Source of the DNA: Eukaryota sp. TZLM1-RC
Taxonomy: Eukaryota; Protista; Metamonada: BaSk clade
NCBI GenBank assembly: GCA_040285825.1
Contig: JAUPSS010000008.1
Location: 62,001 to 126,000 of the forward strand
Reading direction: 5' to 3'
DNA length: 64,000 nt
Shown here: positions 1-11,756 of the stretch, in pieces
How the letters are laid out: the number at the start of each line of letters is the position of its first letter
How positions within the stretch are numbered: position 1 is the stretch's first letter
Made by a program: the position numbers and the translations under genes
The notes under the pieces: generated by a model
Databases searched by the model: none
Seen by the model: the letters and a program-made list of their open reading frames with translations, nothing else
Told to the model about the DNA's origin: nothing

Positions 1-849
1 TTTGGTTGTAACTTCTAATATAACCAAAGTTTGTCTTCCATTATCGGGCATGATAAATCCTTGGATTGGAATATTGATTGAACCAGCCAAAACAGCTCTC
101 ATTGAAATATTTGCCCTAGTTCCAATTCCCTTTACTCTTACAATACCATTTTTCCCACTCATTGTTTTGTATAATGATGCTTTTTTCTGTGATGCATCAA
201 CTGACCAAAAGATTTCAAATATAAGTGAAAGAATTTCTGTTAAACTTTCCATATATTTTGAAATTTGATTTGTTTATGACATGTCTCTTCCGTGATCCGA
301 TATTTTTGCAAACTTTGACAAATCAATCGCAGAAATAGTTGAATCAGACGTCATTGCTTTATGAGTTAGACTGTTTCTTGGAAGTACAACTTATTTTGTG
401 AAATAATATTCAATTGGCCAAGGAATTCCAATATTATGAAAAATATCTCGTGAAACTTTTCTCAAAATATCATATGCGTTTTGTGTTGTATAAACAGTTT
501 CATCTGGACTAGTGAATCCAATAAACATAGATTTCGGTAAACCCGCTTTGTTTATTTTAATTTGATTAAAAGTTCCAGATTGTTTATTTTTGCACTTTAC
601 ACAAACATATCCTTTTTGTGTCTTTTCTTTTAAAGTTTGAAGAGTATGATATTGTCCATTTGTTTGTTGATGTTGTAGACCAAATTGTTTACAAGATGGA
701 CAAATACACATGAATGTTTGAGCTACAATTTTAAAAACCTCCTTCAACATCACAGGCATGTAAAATCCAACATTGAATTTTATTCTACTGTGACTTTCAC
801 TTATCATGCATTCCTCTGTGAAATTCACTCCTGTTTTCAACTTTCTCAA
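1..849 (-). pseudogene. Divergent RPB1/beta'-like RNA polymerase large subunit, N-terminal part; probable nucleocytovirus origin; runs off the window edge
   Basis: ORF 391..849 has clamp Cys pairs (CICPSC, CVKC). The same frame continues past two in-frame stops into SLYKTMSGKNGIVRVKGIGTRANISMRAVLAGSINIP, matching the RPB1 motif GKEGRxRGNLMGKRVDFSARTVI. Confidence 0.75.
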
Positions 850-1075
850 TGTCTACTCACAGGCTGTAAGAGACATGTAACATCATTTGACAAAGACAAT
901 CATGATCTTCATCAATGGGCTACCTCACTTAAATACACCAACTGCTTTCACAGAACAAAGCCTCGCGACTTGATGTATCTAAGTGGATCTATCAAATGCT
1001 ACTAAGCCATTTGTAGATCGGTCTCAAAAGTTTTTCAAAAAAAATTAAAAAAAATAAAAACCTCAAAATAACGTA

Positions 1076-3467
1076 TTTATTGAATTTGCACACTTAATTA
1101 AATTAACTCAATACTAATGGGACGACTATCATTGAACCAAGATTTCCTCTACAAAATCTTGATCTGCTTGCTGTCTAGCTAAAGCTTCTCTTATTCGATT
1201 GAAAAACCGTGGTAATCTATTAATAATGGCAAATTGAATCCGTGAACGCCATAAAAATATATCAAATCTTCTCATTGTTTTTTCTTGCACCATCTTTTGG
1301 AAGTCATTCAAAAAAGTTTCTGCTTCAACTGATAATCTTCCATTTATCGAAAATGGGAAAGCAATAAAAACCAGCTGTGTATTTCTATCGACATTAGCCT
1401 CTTCAATATCTTTATCATATTTTCTATGTTTCTCTTTTGCTTTAAAATCCAGAGCAGCCACAGGATTAAGTTTTCTTCTGTGAACCAAAGTATCATTTGC
1501 AACATTACATGAGACAAAGTCAACAATAGCTTCAGAATTATCAATCCAATCACAGTATACATCACCTCTATCATCAGAACCAAAATTATTCAGAGAAAGT
1601 GTTTCCTTCAGCAGGGGCTCTTTGATACACGATATCCTTGCAGTTTGTGCCATATTGAAAACAGTGTCTCTAACAGCATCATGTAATGGGAAACGATAAG
1701 TTATCAATTTAGAGCAATTCAGAGCATGGCGCAAAGTGAGTTGAGGTGAATTCGAACAAATACATTTTTCCTTTGATAATAATTGATTAATGGGGATGTT
1801 CAAATATAATCTCATTTTTGTTACAAATGCTTCATTAGTGGCACACAATCCAAATCTTCGTGGTACAATGGTTACAAAAAGTGAAGAATCTGACGCCTTG
1901 TTTTCACAAACACCCTTTTCCAATAACAATGAGTGAAGATCTTGATTTAAAACAGCCGAGCTGCAAATATTATTATAAAGCTCTTTTTCATACATTCCAG
2001 TCAATCTTTTCTGTAATGTTCGAAGAGTGTACTTCAAATTTAAAACTTTTTTTTCTGGAATATTGCCATTGAATGATTGGGGAAAACATCGACCCCATTT
2101 TTCTACATCAATTCTTGAAATTTCCACATTTAATGCAAAAACAGTGGAACTTTGCGTTGTCATCAATAAATCTTCCCAATCTGCAAATCTTTCGGAAAAC
2201 TCAAAGATTGCATTTCTGCATCCACCAACAAAAGCACACGAGGTAAGAATAGAAGCCTTCGTCCACCCTAAACCACCATAATGTGGACTAAGGTAAGCAT
2301 GATCTGGAATTTGAAAGATTTTACATCCCAGTAATTGCGACAGAACTTTTGCACGTAACTCATTAAACTTTTGAGCCAAAGGTCTAGTGACGAGAGGATT
2401 TGTAGATCGAAATATATGATTAAAATTGGAACTAAAACACAGTCTTATAATGGTAAATTTGATGTGTTTTTTTATATCTAAATTCATCATTCGGTCAATT
2501 TTGTCAGAAATTGAGTTCAACTTTTCAAACAATTTTTTGGTAATTTCATCATTTTTTCCTAAAAACGAACTCAAATGACGAATAGCATCAATTGAATATA
2601 ATTTGGCTTGAATTTCAATACCATCAACTGATGTGGAAACCAGAGAATTCGATAACAAAACACATTTAAGTAAATTAAGTCGGAGACCAATTTTGGTAAA
2701 TAATTCTTTAAAACATATAGTTGCTTGTTTCACAATATTTAAATCACCAATAAGAACAACGTCATCCGTATATGCAATGATTTTTAGCGAAGGAAACATC
2801 TCTTGAATTTGTAATAAAATAGGATGAATGGCCAAACAAAACAAAAGAGGTCCTTACGGATTTCCTTGCTTAATACCACTTGATGAACTCAAAATGGAAT
2901 TACCAAAATGTAAATTAGAATTTGTGCTATATGTTGTTTGGACATTCGGCATTAATTCCAACATATATTGCAATAAAGCAATATGGATACTGCGACGACC
3001 GAGTGAATTGACTGCATTACTAAAATCCAATGACATACAAACATTGGATTCATTTTGGCGAAATAATACATCTGTAGAAAATATCGCTGAAGAGACTCCA
3101 TCAGTGGTATTGATTCCATATTGAAAGGGTAATAAAATTTTTTTGCTTTTTCATTGAACCTGCTCAAGCAACACGCAGAAAAAATATTTTGTAAGCTCTC
3201 AGAGACTGCAATAAGTCGAACATCCATTTTTCAATTTTTGACAAGTGCAGTCAAATGAGAACTTCTTAATTCTTCTGGATATCTTAGTTGACCAGTCAAT
3301 ATATTGTTGAGAAATTTGGTTAATAAACCAAGACAATCCTCTGAAGAAATAATTGCGGCTTTTACATGATCGATAGTAATACCAGAAAGTCCGGCAGACT
3401 TACCACGTGGTCTCTTTTTGATCACCGAAAAAACTTCTGATGGCATTAATGGAAAATTTTCCCAGTA
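1076..3467 (-). mobile_element. Non-LTR retrotransposon family A (RT + CCHC + restriction-like endonuclease, CRE-like), 5'-truncated and disrupted
   Basis: ORF 1129..2844 has AYTDD, CICSN..HALNC, HDAVRD and RGD..D motifs. Upstream frames carry LDFSNA and GIKQG. The family 3' UTR ends GTGTGCAAATTCAATAAA. Confidence 0.92.
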
Positions 3468-4009
3468 AAAAGTTATTAAATCTACAAACACCCTTGATTA
3501 AAGAGTATCGACGAAGAGTATTTTTCACAGCAACACCTTTGAATAGTTCTCCAACTGAAATCATTCACATATGGAACATTCAGAATCCTGATAAACAGAA
3601 ACGTGTTTCAGATTACTTTGAGGAAAAAACTATGGAACATCTATCTGTTTGGAAACTAAAAGAGAGTAAAAAAGATAAACTAGTAAAATTAATTATTGAA
3701 AGTAATTTTCTAATTGCAAAATCATCCCAAAGTGGTAAACTACCAACAGTTTTTTACGAGGGAACAAAATCCAAACACGGTTATCTTACAACTATTCGAT
3801 GTCCTGCTTCAAAAAACATTGGGATGCAATGCAACAAAACACATATCAAAACTTTCAATTAGATAATGATGTATCAAAATATGAACGAGTAAATAGTGAA
3901 GTTTGGTAAACACAGGATCCACACACAGTAACATTGGATTGGATTTCTGAATATGCCCCAGTTGCTGTAGTGTGGATACATTATTTATTGCAAAATAATA
4001 CATAATAAA
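3468..4009 (+). pseudogene. SF2 helicase fragment (D6/D11 type, motif III region), copy 1
   Basis: RVFFTATPLNSSPTEIIHIWN (motif III TATP) followed by LPTVFYEG..LTTIRCPAS. Confidence 0.7.
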
Positions 4010-4562
4010 TTGGCGAAATAATACATCTGTAGAAAATATCGCTGAAGAGACTCCATCAGTGGTATTGATTCCATATTGAAAGGGTAATAAATTTTTTTGC
4101 TTTTTCATTGAACCTGCTCAAGCAACACGCAGAAAAAATATTTTGTAAGCTCTCAGAGACTGCAATAAGTCGAACATCCATTTTTCAATTTTTGACAAGT
4201 GCAGTCAAATGAGAACTTCTTAATTCTTCTGGATATCTTAGTTGACCAGTCAATATATTGTTGAGAAATTTGGTTAATAAACCAAGACAATCCTCTGAAG
4301 AAATAATTGCGGCTTTTACATGATCGATAGTAATACCAGAAAGTCCGGCAGACTTACCACGTGGTCTCTTTTTGATCACCGAAAAAACTTCTGATGGCAT
4401 TAATGGAAAATTTTCCCAGTAAAAAGTTATTAAATCTACAAACACCCTTGATTAAAGAGTATCGACGAAGAGTATTTTTCACAGCAACACCTTTGAATAG
4501 TTCTCCAACTGAAATCATTCACATATGGAACATTCAGAATCCTGATAAACAGAAACGTGTTT

Positions 4563-5666
4563 TGATGCCGTTAGGCAGATGAACACACGAAGGAGAGAGA
4601 GAAATCTGTTGTTTATTAATAAAACTGATTCATAAATGAGTATCACGTCATCAGTCGAAATACATAGAAACCTACTAATTCAATTTGAGTGCAACAACAA
4701 CACTACTTTTTCCCACTTTTCTGAGGACAAATACAGTACTGGCTCAATAGAGGGAAGATATGGGGTTTGTTAAACTCTTTGGTGCATCGTTTGTGTGACA
4801 CAAATAATTTACCTCATGTTTGATTTTAGATGGACAATCGCGGGAGATGTGTCCAGGCTTGTGGCACTTGAAGCACGATTGATTTTTTTAAATCCTGAGA
4901 GCGCCAAGAGGACCTCGTTTTAGTGCCAGCCGTACGTTCCACATCATTTACTGAGGTTTTGAAACCACGAGTCCATGAAGCAACCCTAGAGCAGTCCAAC
5001 AGCTCATCAGTAGTGGTTTCGACAAGAGAGTGAAGATCTGGGAATACATCATCTCGAATTCTCGCTAGTAGAGAACGTTGAAGACCTACGGGAAGAATTC
5101 CTCTGGCAAATCGATTCAGAAAAGCTGTGTCTGGTAACTTCAGTCCGGAAGCCCTACTCTTTACCTGGAGGAAACGTCGCAGGTAACAGGACATACGTTC
5201 TCGGACGTCACCAATACGGACATCAAGCTTCAGTTCTGACATAGCCAGACTAAAATCTTCGTACGTGGCGAACGATACGACAGATTGAAGATGTCTAAGA
5301 AGAACATCGTCACTGGAAGAGACGTCGGATTTCTGGAGAGATAGGGACTCTAACAGAAAAGAATCGACCAAGAGTCTTGCTGGAACAAGCTCTTTCTTAG
5401 AAGTCACAGAAGAATAGATCTTCCACTCTTGTAGGAACAAGAGAACACTTTCAACTTTCATGGAAGAAAGAGACGGGAGGTTGACAGAAGGAACAGTCAT
5501 CTGAAATAAGAAGGGCCAATAATTATTGATGCCGTTAGGCAGATGAACACACGAAGGAGAGAGAGAAATCTGTTGTTTATTAATAAAACTGATTCATAAA
5601 TGAGTATCACGTCATCAGTCGAAATACATAGAAACCTACTAATTCAATTTGAGTGCAACAACAACA
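4563..5666 (-). mobile_element. Non-autonomous gag-only LTR retrotransposon (TR-GAG-like), 1104 bp
   Basis: Identical 140-bp LTRs at 4563-4702 and 5527-5666 (TG..CA), GTTT target-site duplication (TSD), polypurine tract (PPT) AAAAAGTGGGAAAAAGTAG next to the 3' LTR. The empty site is visible at about 3600. Confidence 0.95.
4826..5500 (-). CDS. gag: Gag-like protein; the CCHC knuckle lies in the +1 frame after an A-run
   Basis: 224-aa ORF. The alternate frame near 4830-4880 reads CFKCHKPGHISRDC. Confidence 0.8.
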   Translation of the reverse strand: MTVPSVNLPSLSSMKVESVLLFLQEWKIYSSVTSKKELVPARLLVDSFLLESLSLQKSDVSSSDDVLLRHLQSVVSFATYEDFSLAMSELKLDVRIGDVRERMSCYLRRFLQVKSRASGLKLPDTAFLNRFARGILPVGLQRSLLARIRDDVFPDLHSLVETTTDELLDCSRVASWTRGFKTSVNDVERTAGTKTRSSWRSQDLKKSIVLQVPQAWTHLPRLSI

Positions 5667-6071
5667 GTTTCAGATTACTTTGAGGAAAAAAATATGGAAC
5701 ATCTATCTGTTTGGAAACTAAAAGAGAGTAAAAAAGATAAACTAGTAAAATTAATTATTGAAAGTAATTTTCTAATTGCAAAATCATCCCAAAGTGATAA
5801 ACTACCAACAGTTTTTTACGAGGGAACAAAATCCAAACACGGTTATCTTACAACTATTCGATGTCCTGCTTCAAAAAACATTGGGATGCAATGCAACAAA
5901 ACACATATCAAAACTTTCAATTAGATAATGATGTATCAAAATATGAACGAGTAAATAGTGAAGTTTGGTAAACACAGGATCCACACACAGTAACATTGGA
6001 TTGGATTTCTGAATATGCCCCAGTTGCTGTAGTGTGGATACATTATTTATTGCAAAATAATACATAATAAA

Positions 6072-7034
6072 TTGGCGAAATAATACATCTGTAGAAAATA
6101 TCGCTGAAGAGACTCCATCAGTGGTATTGATTCCATATTGAAAGGGTAATAAATTTTTTTTTGCTTTTTCATTGAACCTGCTCAAGCAACACGCAGAAAA
6201 AATATTTTGTAAGCTCTCAGAGACTGCAATAAGTCGAACATCCATTTTTCAATTTTTGACAAGTGCAGTCAAATGAGAACTTCTTAATTCTTCTGGATAT
6301 CTTAGTTGACCAGTCAATATATTGTTGAGAAATTTGGTTAATAAACCAAGACAATCCTCTGAAGAAATAATTGCGGCTTTTACATGATCGATAGTAATAC
6401 CAGAAAGTCCGGCAGACTTACCACGTGGTCTCTTTTTGATCACCGAAAAAACTTCTGATGGCATTAATGGAAAATTTTCCCAGTATGTGCCGTAAAAATT
6501 TTGATTCATTATAGGGTCTTCAAAAGGATGAAGTATTTTTAGTTTATCTATTGTATTTTCATTGTTGGGTGCTTTAACTCCGGGACTTAAAGCTGACAAA
6601 GCCTTGGACCATTTGTTGTCAAAGCATTTGTCTTCAAAAATTTTACTTAATTTCTCGGATGATTGATTTCTCGGTGCTATATTAGTTAAATTTTCGGAAT
6701 TACTTACGAAATTTTGTTCAAAAGGAGGACAAAAAGAACCAAAAAATTCCCAAATAATATTGATAGCATACTTTCCTTTACATAATTGATCCAAAAATCT
6801 TTGAAAAACGAAAGCAAATTCGTTGCATTTGGTCGGATGAATTTCTTGAGGTATTCTTATGGGAGGATGGTAGTTATCAACTATGCGGCATTTCAAGCAT
6901 CAATCAGAAGTTTTTCCTTTTGCATTTTTTCCAAAAGAAATACCACAATTGTTGCAAGTTTTGTGCTTCAATCGATTGCTAACTGGTTTTGTAACAACTT
7001 GTGGAGCATCATTTATGGGTTCTACCTTAGACAT
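6072..7034 (-). mobile_element. Family A non-LTR, 5' portion, joined head-to-head to the next copy
   Basis: ORF 6249..6896 has RPRGKSAGLSG (RT domain 0) and a Cys-rich N-terminal region. The junction shares ACAT at 7031-7034. Confidence 0.85.
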
Positions 7035-8888
7035 ATTGCACATATTCTAATTTACATTTTGGTAATAACATTTTGAGTTCATCAAGTGGTGTAAAGCAAG
7101 GAGATCCGTTAGGACCTCTTTTGTTTTGTTTGGCCATTCATCCTATTTTACTGCAAATTCAAGAGATGTTTGCTTCACTAAAAATGATTGCATATATGGA
7201 TGATGTTGTGCTTATTGGTGATTTAAATATTGTGAAACAAGCAACTGTATGTTTTAAAGAATTATTGACCAAAATTGGTCTCCGACTTAATTTACTTAAA
7301 TGTGTTTTGTTATCGAATTATCCAGTTTCCACAATAGTTGATGGTATTGAAATTCAAGCCAAATTATATTCAATTGATGCTTTTCGTCATTTGGGTTCGT
7401 TTTTAGAAAATAATGATGAAATTACCAAAAACTTGTTTGAAAAGTTGAACTCAATTTCTGACAAAATTGATCGAATGATGAATTTAGATATAAAAAAACA
7501 CATTAAATTTACCATTATAAGACTGTGTTTTAGTTCCAATTTTAATCATATATTTCGATCTACAAATCCTCTCGTCACTAGACCTTTGGCTCAGAAGTTT
7601 AATGAATTACGTGCAAAAGTTCTGTCTCAATTACTGGGATGTAAAATGTTTCAAATTCCAGATCATGCTTACCTTAGTCCACATTATGGCGGCTTAGGGT
7701 GGACGAAGGCTTCTATTCCTGCCTCGTGTGCTTTTGTTGGTGGATGCAGAAATGCAATCTTTGAGTTTTCCGAAAGATTTGCAGATTGGGAAGATTTATT
7801 GATGGCAACGCAAAGTTCCACTGTTTTTGCATTAAATGAAGAAATTTCAAAAATTGATGTAGAAAAATGGGGTCGATGTTTTCCCCAATCATTCAATGGC
7901 AATATTCCAGAAAAAAATGTTTTAAGTTTGAAGTACACTCTTCGAACATTACAGAAACGATAGACTGGAATGTATGAAAAAGATCTTTATAATAATATAT
8001 GCAGCTCGGCTGTTTTAAATCAAGATCTTCACTCATTGTTATTAGAAAAGGGTGTTTGTGAAAACAAGTCGTCAGATTCTTCACTTTTTGTAACCATTGT
8101 ACCACGAAGATTTGGATTGTGTGCCAATAATGAAGCATTTGTAACAAAAATGAGATTAAAATTGAACATCCCCATTAATCAATTATTATCAAAAGAAAAA
8201 TGTATTTGTTCGAATTCACCTCGACTCTCTTTGCGCCATGCTCTGAATTGCTCTAAATTGATAACTTATCGTTCTTCATTACATGATGCTGTTAGAGACA
8301 CTGTTTTCAATATGGCACAAACTGCAAGGATATCGTGTATCAAAGAGCCCCTGCTGAAGGAAACACTTTCTCTGAATAATTTGGTTCTGATGATAGAGGT
8401 GATGTATACTGTGATTGGATTGATAATTCTGAAACTATTGTTGACTTTGTCTCATGTAATGTTGCAAATGATACTTTGGTTCACAGAAGAAAACTTAATC
8501 CTGTGGCTGCTCTGGATTTTAAAGCAAAAGAGAAACATAGAAAAAATGATAAAGATATTGAAGAGGCTAATGTCGATAGAAATACACAGCTGGTTTTTAT
8601 TGCTTTCCCATTTTCGATAAATGGAAGATTATCAGTTGAAGCAGAAACTTTTTTGGATGACTTCCAAAAAATGGTGCAAGAAAAAACAATGAAAAGATTT
8701 GATATTTTTTTATGGCGTTCACGGATTCAATTTGCCATTATTAATAGATTACCACGGTTTTTCAATCGAATAAGAGAAGCTTTAGCTAGACAGCAAGTAG
8801 ATCAAGATTTTGTAGAGGAAATCTTGGTTCAATGATAATCGTCCCATTAGTTATGAGTTATTTTAATTAAGTGTGCAAATTCAATAAA
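7031..8888 (+). mobile_element. Family A non-LTR, 3' portion, with a stop and a frameshift
   Basis: GVKQGDPLGPLLF and AYMDD (ORF 7073..7963), zinc finger and endonuclease ORFs, family 3' UTR. Confidence 0.92.
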
Positions 8889-8894
8889 TACATG

Positions 8895-9184
8895 TTGGTT
8901 AAATAAATTCCAAGTTTTCAATCTAAAAATTTCTTTTGCATCAATATACTCACAAAATTCATCTAAATTGGTTGATTTTGATTGTTTTCTCATTTGAGAA
9001 ACAGAACAATTTTCAAAATTTCCCTGTTACTTTCTCCATCACCGTTGAAGAAATGTTCTTCTTGCCGCTTCTTTGTATCTTTCCAATGTTTGAGATAACC
9101 AAGTGAAAAATTTCGTTTACCTTGAGTAAAAGAGGAGTCAATATTATGAATACCTTCTATTTTGCGATTCTTTCATTGGTTTGT
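8895..9184 (-). pseudogene. Fragment of an uncharacterised repeated gene family
   Basis: Translates to FTQGKRNFSLGYLKHWKDTKKRQEEHFF, similar to ORF 35677..35937. Duplicated at about 24230-24520. Confidence 0.5.
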
Positions 9185-10235
9185 CAGCACACAACACAAT
9201 CAAAAATCAGGTCATACATTTGTACCCAAAACTGTTGCTTTTTTGATGGGTAATTTATCATACCAAGAAAGTCAACGAGTGATTAAAATTTATAATAGTT
9301 CTGTTAATTTATATGGAAATGTCATTTCAATGTTGTTACTCAAGATGTTGCTCAAGTTGGTTTAACTTTAACAGCTGTAAGAAGAAGTCTTGTATTGGAT
9401 TATCCATCAGCTGTTCCAATTGTAAAACAAATAAAAGGTCGTGTTGTTAGATTTAATTCACATATTGAATTATTAAAAAATAAAAGAAATGTTACAATTT
9501 ATAATTATGTTACAACATCTCCTGATAAAAAAACATTATCTAAGCGAGAAAAAAATTTTGATGATTAAAGAGGTGACTTATGTTGAATTGAAAAAAGTTA
9601 CAAATTTAATTGATATTAATTCTATTAACGCCAGTTTGGTACAAAAAACAGTTGGTGTGATGAAATTTAAACCTGCAATTAAATATGATTTTTAAAAATT
9701 GTCTCGTGGAAAATTTGATGCATATTATTTACCACTAGAATTAGATATAGTTGAACGTGCAATATCACTCGCGTTAGATTTAAATACAGTTATAAAATTA
9801 AGCGAATTGTATGCTCATATCCAAAAATCTGAAAAATCATTTGTTGGTATTAATATGAATTTGATTCCCAAAACAACGATTATCGAAACATTATCAAAGA
9901 TGAAACAAGATGAAAAAATATTCTTTTATAACAAATCAGGTATTGCTTTTGAACTAGATGAAAAAACATTTGACGAAACTCATATTTCCACAAAAAGTAA
10001 TTTATCATTGGAATCAATATTATTTTCTCTAACGAAAACATCAGTTTTTTCCCAAAATCATCTAAACTATTAAATATTGATGAATTTATTACATCCTTTA
10101 TTGAAGGTAATTCATATTTAGCAATTGAAAATGCAAAACAATTAATAGGGGGAATTCCAATGGCATTATTAAAGGAATCTGTTGAAGAATTATATGTCTC
10201 AAAATTCAATATCAGTTTTTCCAAAGTTTTTGTTT
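9185..10235 (+). pseudogene. C-terminal half of a D6/D11-type (early transcription factor-like) helicase, asfarvirus D1133L-like
   Basis: Across frameshifts it reads HTFVP..IYNSSVNLYG..VGLTLTAVR..DYPSAVPIVKQIKGRVVRFNSHIEL..RNVTIYNY, then KFDAYYLPLELDIV. Confidence 0.78.
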
Positions 10236-11756
10236 CTGTATGCTTAGGTTCCCCATTCATGTCCTCACCAGAGCATCTGGGCAAATATATCTTTCCGGCA
10301 CAATTCCGCTTTCTTCTTAATTTGAATATTTTTTGCAGCGGAAATATCTCTGTCATATACTACTAGACACTCGGTACAAATACGCACCTGCCATGAGCCT
10401 GCTTCAATATTCTCGGCCATGCAACAACTGGACAGTTGATTTGTATTAAACTCACTGGTTGACAGGTGCTTCACGTCCTTTTGATAACACAACCATTTTC
10501 TGAAAGCCCTTGCTGATCCATATCGGTTGACTTTTTGGCAATGAGAAGGAAAATTAGCAGAACCCACAACAAGATAGAGTTTTTCAGGATGTCCAGCCAG
10601 CCTTTGAAATTTGTTGAGACTCTGAACCGTCTCTCTTTTTGTCTGCGGTTATCAAATTTAATTATTTTCCATTTCTGGCGATTACTTTCGAAATACACTT
10701 TCCTCCTGACCAAATTCCAATGGTTCAAATATTGGTTGAAATTTTGAATGCAATTTTGGTTGGGAGAGTGTTTACTGGGTGAAGGTATTGTCATGTATCT
10801 TCTGCCAGTTGGACAAGGGATAACTCCACATTGATTATCATTTAAGAAGTAACCTCATAATCTAGATTGTCCCAGATCAATGCCAATAAGGGGCCTTTCA
10901 GGTAAAAGTTCGACTGGTTGTCTGCGTCTTCGATGGGGCATTTTTTAGTGCCCTTCAACTGTGTTTCTCTGATTTTGTTGGCATCAGGGTCACTTTTCAT
11001 TTCTTTTTTCGATCTTCTTTTCTTTTTCGGTGGTTTATCCAGCTCATCTAAGTATTTTGAGTCATTATTTTTACCTTCAAAAATCAAAAGCAGTTCATTA
11101 CCATTAGTTTTCAATAAAAATTTTTAAATCTATTTTTCAAACTTTTTCTGTTGATATTTAATTTTTGGTAAGGACATTGTTAGAATATTCGTTTCAGACA
11201 TGTATTTTTGATGAACTTTGTTTTGGAAGATGATCCTTCAATAAGTGGATTGACAAATTTTAGGTAAACTTGTCTTCACGTTAGACGCCAATTGCCGAGC
11301 GCGACAAGCAAGGTAAGGAGAAAGCCCTTTTCTATTGATAAAATTACAATTCTGAGATTGCAGCCAAGCATTGAGAAAAAGATTGAATGAATTTCTGTAA
11401 GGCACTAAAGAATTTTCCCACAAAGAAACAAGAGACCTGTCTTGTGGGCATTCAGGAAGAAATCCATTGTAAAAGATATGGAGTAATTGGCGTTGGCCTT
11501 TAGATGTGGAAGGCTTTGGAAAAGAACCAGTGGTGATGACGGTCATAAACAGATACCATACATCCTGTTCCACTAAAGCTCTAGATGCCAACGGAAAATT
11601 TAGAAGAAAAGATTGAAGCAATAGAGAAGCTTCATGACAAATCTCGGTGACCAAAGGAATGTCAGCCCGAATTTGTTGCACCGCTGCAGGGGTCAGCAGC
11701 GAGTTAAGTGCACAAGACCGAGTGAATACACGTGACACAGAGGGGGTGTCTGTCAT
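10236..11756 (-). pseudogene. Fanzor1 (TnpB-like RuvC nuclease), family F1, frameshifted
   Basis: RuvC-I LIGIDLG (about 10871-10890), GSANF, RuvC-II EFNTNQLSSCC, zinc finger plus RuvC-III CTECLVVYDRDISAAKNI. The N-terminus reads SCALNSLL..EICHEASLLL, with a KTNG..LIF motif further on. Confidence 0.85.

Larger units (their letters stand above)
4422..6071 (+). pseudogene. Same helicase fragment, copy 2, split by the LTR element at 4563-5666
   Basis: 4422-4562 joined to 5671-6071 is nearly identical to 3468-4009. Confidence 0.7.
3055..6483. repeat. Tandem duplication of a ~955-bp unit (family A fragment plus helicase fragment)
   Basis: Near-identical units start TTGGCGAAATAATACATCTG at about 3055, 4010 and 6072. 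The second unit carries the LTR insertion; the third is partial. Confidence 0.9.

Noticed and set aside
1344-2281. Recurring short ORFs such as MVLMIEVMYT, MVQWLQKVK and MYFKFKTFF
   Set aside because: They are alternate-frame or antisense shadows of the repeated family A element.
4870-4900. Programmed frameshifts at A or T runs (here and at about 37327)
   Set aside because: Single-base homopolymer indels are common across the window, so error or decay is the simpler explanation.
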